A DNA stretch of 64,000 nucleotides from [Chlorobium] sp. 445 (GTDB lineage: Bacteria > Bacteroidota > Chlorobiia > Chlorobiales > Thermochlorobacteraceae): positions 41,169 to 105,168 of the forward strand of contig NSLH01000007.1 in the NCBI GenBank assembly GCA_002763895.1, in the 5' to 3' direction. Under the pieces are notes generated by a model. It was not told where the DNA came from and searched no databases. It worked only from the letters and a program-made list of their open reading frames with translations. Made by a program: the position numbers and the translations under genes. Of this stretch, positions 61,101 through 64,000 are shown in pieces (positions within the stretch are counted from its first letter, which is position 1; each line of letters begins with the position of its first letter).

Positions 61101-62446
61101 AAGTTGCTGATGAAAAAATGTCGCAAAATATCGTATTCCCACGCTTGCAAATTGACGATTGTCTCTTGCGACCCACCTGAAATGCTCAGCGCATCGGAGC
61201 GCCCACGCTGCTGTGACGCTACAGCCGTAAGCCCAAGTCCTGCCAGTTGCGCTTTGGCTTTAATGCCAAAGAGCGCTTGGCTACTGCCAATGAGCGATGT
61301 CGGCAAGGTCAGTGTCACATTGCCGGCTTCAATCGACTGGACGATGTCATCTTCATAGCCACGATAAGCAAGTTTAAGTTGGTTCTCGAATTCAAAGGGT
61401 CGCTGCGTGTTCCAATCTGCTGTCAGGTTCAGCTTATCGCCAATAAGACCGGAGAGATTGAATTGAACTTGTTGGTCGAAGCGTGGGTCAGCGCGGCGTC
61501 CTGCACCAATCGCGATGCGTTGTGGGTCTTTGCTATCCTCGAGCTCTACACCAGCACGAATATCGATATTGCCTGCCACTTGCAAACTTACGGTTGGTGG
61601 ACCGAACAGCGTGGCAAAGAATGAACTCTCGCCACCAGGTACGAGAATTTGCAGTCGCGTAATGCGCCCCAACACATCAGAGAACGCATCTTGCGATTGC
61701 AGCTTAAACTGCTGCCCTGCAATCTCTCGGAAGTTTTGGCGTAGTGATGCCTCAAAGCGCAGTTTTTTGTACATCTCCAACGGCACACGCAGCGTCGGTC
61801 TGACGGCATAGCCTTCGATTTTCTCTGAAATCGTGATGAATTGACCGAGCGAATCGAGCAAGACTTCACGCTTGAGTGCGCTTTGAGGTAAAAAGAGCGG
61901 TGAAAGAAAGGGTTCATTGATTTCTATGGTCGGCTTACTTTTTCGGCGGTAAAGAAATTGCTCCACGCGCGCCGTTGAATCAAACGGTGTCGCTAGAAGG
62001 GAGTCAGTTACACTTGCAAAGCCGCTGTCTGCTTGTACGGAAGTCGTTGGCAACGCCATACGATTACGTTGCAGCAAATCCAGGCTATGCGCCGACTGCA
62101 ATGTAGAATCTGTGGGCGGTACCGATCTAGTTTCAGGCTGCGTTGTATCGGAGCCCATAGCATGCCAATTGTCGTTTTGCCAAGGCTGTGTGAGCATAGC
62201 GCGTGTGGCAAGTCGTGTTGTCTTGCGCATCGTTGCTGGCTTAGTTTTTGCCTGATGCAGCAAACTTGGCAACCAGACTGTGAAACGCTCAGCGATTGTC
62301 TGCGCTATCGACAAATCACTCAGAAAAGGTGTGGCGGCAAAGCTGAGTACAACTGTCAACACACTTGCTAAGGCCACCATGCTTGCACTAGGCGACAGCA
62401 TGAGTCTACGAGCCATGGCTTTGCACACATGAAGACAATGCTTCAT
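55130..62446 (-). CDS. sprA: SprA/Sov-like giant outer-membrane protein (type IX secretion translocon), 2438 aa
   Basis: Size (2.4 k aa), signal peptide, beta-rich composition throughout and C-terminal aromatic-rich barrel strands are consistent with SprA. It sits in a genome with other FCB/T9SS-era markers (SusC/D, BatD/E). Likely start is Met 62416. Confidence 0.65.
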   Translation of the reverse strand: MKHCLHVCKAMARRLMLSPSASMVALASVLTVVLSFAATPFLSDLSIAQTIAERFTVWLPSLLHQAKTKPATMRKTTRLATRAMLTQPWQNDNWHAMGSDTTQPETRSVPPTDSTLQSAHSLDLLQRNRMALPTTSVQADSGFASVTDSLLATPFDSTARVEQFLYRRKSKPTIEINEPFLSPLFLPQSALKREVLLDSLGQFITISEKIEGYAVRPTLRVPLEMYKKLRFEASLRQNFREIAGQQFKLQSQDAFSDVLGRITRLQILVPGGESSFFATLFGPPTVSLQVAGNIDIRAGVELEDSKDPQRIAIGAGRRADPRFDQQVQFNLSGLIGDKLNLTADWNTQRPFEFENQLKLAYRGYEDDIVQSIEAGNVTLTLPTSLIGSSQALFGIKAKAQLAGLGLTAVASQQRGRSDALSISGGSQETIVNLQAWEYDILRHFFISNFYATNWDKAFSTQLPQVIVPQDQEGRQLGRVEVWRLPEQGAQQFPERRAAVALFNYGDEPYDARKLEDGVGFAFPRPRYYDVPEAQSEAILNRFRNADTLETLPVGQGIVGEFILLREGEDYTIDRRLGYISFRSPVNDGDAIAVSYQFTRQGLPPVQIGDFSNDPPRRRLVLKLIKPPQLTSSNQGAWLLMLKNIYSLRAQNISPENFSLKVLYSVPGNVPPEQENLPIPGSGFLISLLGLDRFNPNNVPPPDQRFDFIPGLTIDPQRGLIIFPYLRPFDKQIRDELRRLGRLDAAGNFTNPADSNFVYQEIYFNQQRPTASDAGTKNRYIIRAKFSGGIQNPLQIGFNLAQGSVRVLSNGQPLTEGVDFTVDYQLGQVQILRPELLSPGANLRVEYERNDIVLLAARTILGTRAEYVFNENFKLGGTFLQYAERPLADKVRVGDEPIFNRIYGFDMQFKSDLPWLTRLIDELPLLSTREPSELTLSAEFAQVLPGTPSELQTPIDPDGVSFIDDFEGSRQNLTLGLESNLWTLASPPANIPSPTLFQDSVRQTQRAYLSWYRLPQGDPRNVPTNVIFPNRRAAREELQQRPFFLEYFPRRRGQYNFSLNFLRQAQTTRPDSAWAGVMRCFPQFVRNIQDANVEFIEFWFKYEALESGAGNDTGNLYLDLGIISEDVIPNGRLNTEDGMPISSDPNGQNDNPNDIGRDGYGRFLINTSPARVNGVINTGDVGTEDVGLDGISDALERQIHSAFINGAREILGANNPEFLRLQEDPAADNFSGTDIRVLDRVANPEGNSSAQGALVGTKILPDTEDLNGNQTTDRQNSFYRYTIPINPNELRQGRGKFIVGGGERNGGWVQFRIPLQAFTNRVGEIGDFRNIAYARLWLDGFRQAARIGFATFDFVGSQWRRTDSLSAIASINVEENSAVYAIPPGAQRARNLQRPDQNILANEQSLVIIGRNITPGSVRSGFRNFALGGQGTGFNLNPYRRLRAFLHADARGIIYNPNNPLDPNNTQAIIRFGDDIEQNYYEYRIPVKPSPSVVVPELNSPDYEAVARLVWPRENEVDIDLQALSALKLRARDTLRQIRERLPNGHEIIIQGNPTLGNVRFFLVGIRNPAPVTIDTAVIWINELRVSGYNQEAGWAVRTNATLKLADFASLSATFSRRTADFHAIDVRLNQLAAQNNSLDWALSGNVNLHKFLPAEAGWSIPMTFARAEQFAEPKFQPGQFDIQLQAAIDRIVADTLERGATQEQARAFGEEIRRQAQTFSTTMQFGIPRVQKNQPSDFWLARLTIDRIALGYNFTQTNSRSAVQAFNDSWSWSASAEYSLPIASEGSFFIEPLRFLEKVPILNVYKDWKFYYLPQSVGTSLALQRSRAQFQNRGQPPSTPNALFNATRTLNIDYGKITETFGMRYSSVIGSNLFSAVFNVADTTERSESEVWSSVLQDLSRFTLGRDQTYNQNITFDWRPKLIEILDWLNLNFNYAAQYTWQNPQPDAIQPLGNVTSSTGNFNVNISLNIRSLINKFSGTRSGGGYYQNPFGQPALGAVAVDSLQQDSAAVSLGTLLSGLGSILKVFTNFDQISLRYSQTNTYRNVGVAGGAGFFNFFPFNLGQRADLPAPPSLAYQLGLSNDPGERLRLEPIGNTVLTFPDAFTKSTNIAAQTTWNIAENFRVDINFQSNWTDNQNRIINSATGIITQDDFSGSQTLSFVALFKGIESFAEQIPRDSVGGFLSDNARLAKAFQRGFEMFSLGQTLGRLFGMDDLSISRFPLPNWRISWTGLENFFFFRDLFASATLEHAYSATFTTNYTEPTGNERQVLNSTVTEQLSPLVGLSVQWKFGMTTAISYGTSRSLSLLLANNTLDQTTSASLSITMSFQKQGLKIPLEFWPFNGAVLENTLDLSFNLTLADEERQQITFPAGAREPRLNQGIGTVRFNFEPRIGYALSSRVNASFFWRYSRITPKASGGQIFESVRQDIGFNFRIGIGN

Positions 62447-62692
62447 CAGAAATTTGGATCTTGGCTGTCATCATTGAATTGCTGTGCCTTGCCTTGCTGT
62501 TGGGCACCTTATGTCAAATGAGGTGTTTGAAAATAGCACCCTCGGCATTTGACCTCAACAGACAAATTTGTCCCTAAGCGTCTGTATTGGCTACTGCCTT
62601 GACTCACAAGTGTAAGTTGATGCTAAACATTTTGTGTCAGTGTTGCATGCAGCCAGTTGGATTTGTTTTTTTGGAAAGATATGCAATCGAAC

Positions 62693-63433
62693 TTATTCGT
62701 GGAGTTGTTCATCAATGTATGCCAGTATTTTTTTGATTTGTGTCAGGCGCTGTCTATCACTTGCAATTAGCACGGGGCATCGCTGTGCGTTTTCGAAGGC
62801 CTTACGCGCTTCCTTAAGTTGTCTGGTATCCATGTAAAGTAAACCCAGTTCGTAATGATGACGCATCGTGTTGGGTGAAAGTTCAATGGCTTTTTTGAGT
62901 GCTTTCTCGGCTTCGGCAAAGCCTCCTTCAGGCAAGCCGCCTAAAAAGACATTTGCAACTTGACGCTCAAACCAGCCGACATTTGCCAGTGAGCGATAAA
63001 ACGAACCGAGAATTGAATACGCCACATCATCTTTTTCATTTAGCGCAATTGCCTTGTTCAAGGCACGCTGGATTTCTACGACAAGTTGCACTTTTGCACT
63101 GCCGCCGTAATACAGAGCAAGATTACCGAGCGCTGCCGCAAGCCATGTATAGGCTTCACCTTTATTCGGATCAGCTTTGATTGCACGGCGTGCATAATGC
63201 TCGGCTTTGCGGTAAAAACTTTCTTTTTCGGAGAAGGCGACCACATCACCTTGACAGACATAGACGCGCGCCAGTCGCCAGAGCAACTCTGCATCGTTTG
63301 GTGATTTTTCTAATGCAGCTTCATAAATCGTGATAGTGCTCGGATAGTCAATCTTGGCAAAGGCTTCATCGCCCACTGAAATAGATTGCAGGGCTGAAAA
63401 ATGCGTGATTAAAAGAAATGCACAAAGGCGCAT
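62693..63433 (-). CDS. Secreted TPR-repeat protein
   Basis: 246 aa with a signal peptide (MRLCAFLLITHFSALQSISVG) and at least 4 TPR-like repeats (…AEHYARRAIKADPNKGEAYTWLAAALGNLAL…). Confidence 0.6.
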   Translation of the reverse strand: MRLCAFLLITHFSALQSISVGDEAFAKIDYPSTITIYEAALEKSPNDAELLWRLARVYVCQGDVVAFSEKESFYRKAEHYARRAIKADPNKGEAYTWLAAALGNLALYYGGSAKVQLVVEIQRALNKAIALNEKDDVAYSILGSFYRSLANVGWFERQVANVFLGGLPEGGFAEAEKALKKAIELSPNTMRHHYELGLLYMDTRQLKEARKAFENAQRCPVLIASDRQRLTQIKKILAYIDEQLHE

Positions 63434-63843
63434 AATATGTTGGGTTGCTGTTGAGTTTTATGCATCTTGGCATGCACAACTAACGGATGACTTTGCATGG
63501 TCACTAAAACGGCGAAGATAAGCAGTAGTAAGTTTGGCAGCGATTCCTGAAAACCCGAAAAATAGATAGGTTGAGCCTTGTCCCCAAAAAAATTCTTTGC
63601 TATCAAGCGTAAATTTTGTTCGACCTGCACATCACTGAAAATGCAAAAAAAGTGCGATATTGTATAATTGCACGACAAGTTTCCTGATGCAGAAACATCT
63701 CCATTGAACAAGCGCCGTGCTTGTTATGAGCTGAATTTTTCAGCGCGTTTCGCTTGTTCGGAGGATGTACCAAGCCTCTCGTTCTTTCGTTTCTGTACTG
63801 ATTTATCAACGCATTGCATTTGGAGTAAGCAGTATGACCGACT

Positions 63844-64000
63844 ACAAACCCATGATTTTGAAGGGCTATCTTTCGCCCAAGGGGCACCTGCGCGACATCA
63901 CCGACTACGAAGCACAAGGCGGCTATCAAATGCTCAAAAAAGCCTTTGCTATGAAGCCCGACGATATTGTCAATGAAGTCAAAAAGTCGGGCTTGAAAGG
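63844..64000 (+). CDS. nuoF: NADH-quinone oxidoreductase subunit F-like (51-kDa subunit), N-terminal 52 aa; continues beyond window end
   Basis: [56 protein letters not shown] matches the NuoF/HoxF N-terminus up to the …SGLRGRGGAGF… block. Confidence 0.65.

Overview
This 64-kb window looks like a chromosomal stretch from an FCB-group bacterium (Bacteroidota/Chlorobiota/Ignavibacteriota-like). The placement rests on SusC/SusD pairs, a SprA-size T9SS translocon, BatD/BatE and GTP-type PEPCK, together with clear Shine-Dalgarno sites. GC is moderate. Almost the whole window is coding and largely housekeeping: hpt (partial), pckG, tsaE, clpS, era, rodA/ftsW-type SEDS, ispH, hldC-like, lpxL-family, a GT9 heptosyltransferase, lptF/G, yraN, rdgB, pdxJ, nuoH, fni, glmS and nuoF (partial). 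Cell-envelope content is heavy: two tandem SusC/SusD pairs plus a DUF4397 lipoprotein, a 1669-aa TamB/AsmA-like protein, the 2438-aa SprA-like protein, a novel OMP, an SPFH protein and a RodZ-like protein. I found no rRNA, tRNA, CRISPR, transposase or integrase. Three observations stand out. (1) At least seven conserved genes, including the essential glmS and nuoH, are split by 1-nt frameshifts. Four of these sit demonstrably in T or G homopolymer runs, so assembly indel error is more likely than pseudogenisation. (2) A candidate novel envelope-lipid module sits next to ispH: a TamB-like giant, then a COG1964/Tes-like radical-SAM enzyme with an N-terminal zinc-ribbon, then a tiny membrane protein whose ATG overlaps the enzyme's stop in an ATGA arrangement. 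(3) Several contextual oddities: an orphan beta-class DPPY DNA methyltransferase, a lone ABC permease, solitary nuoH and nuoF, and batD/batE without batABC. All functional calls come from reading the translated motifs myself; no database searches were run.
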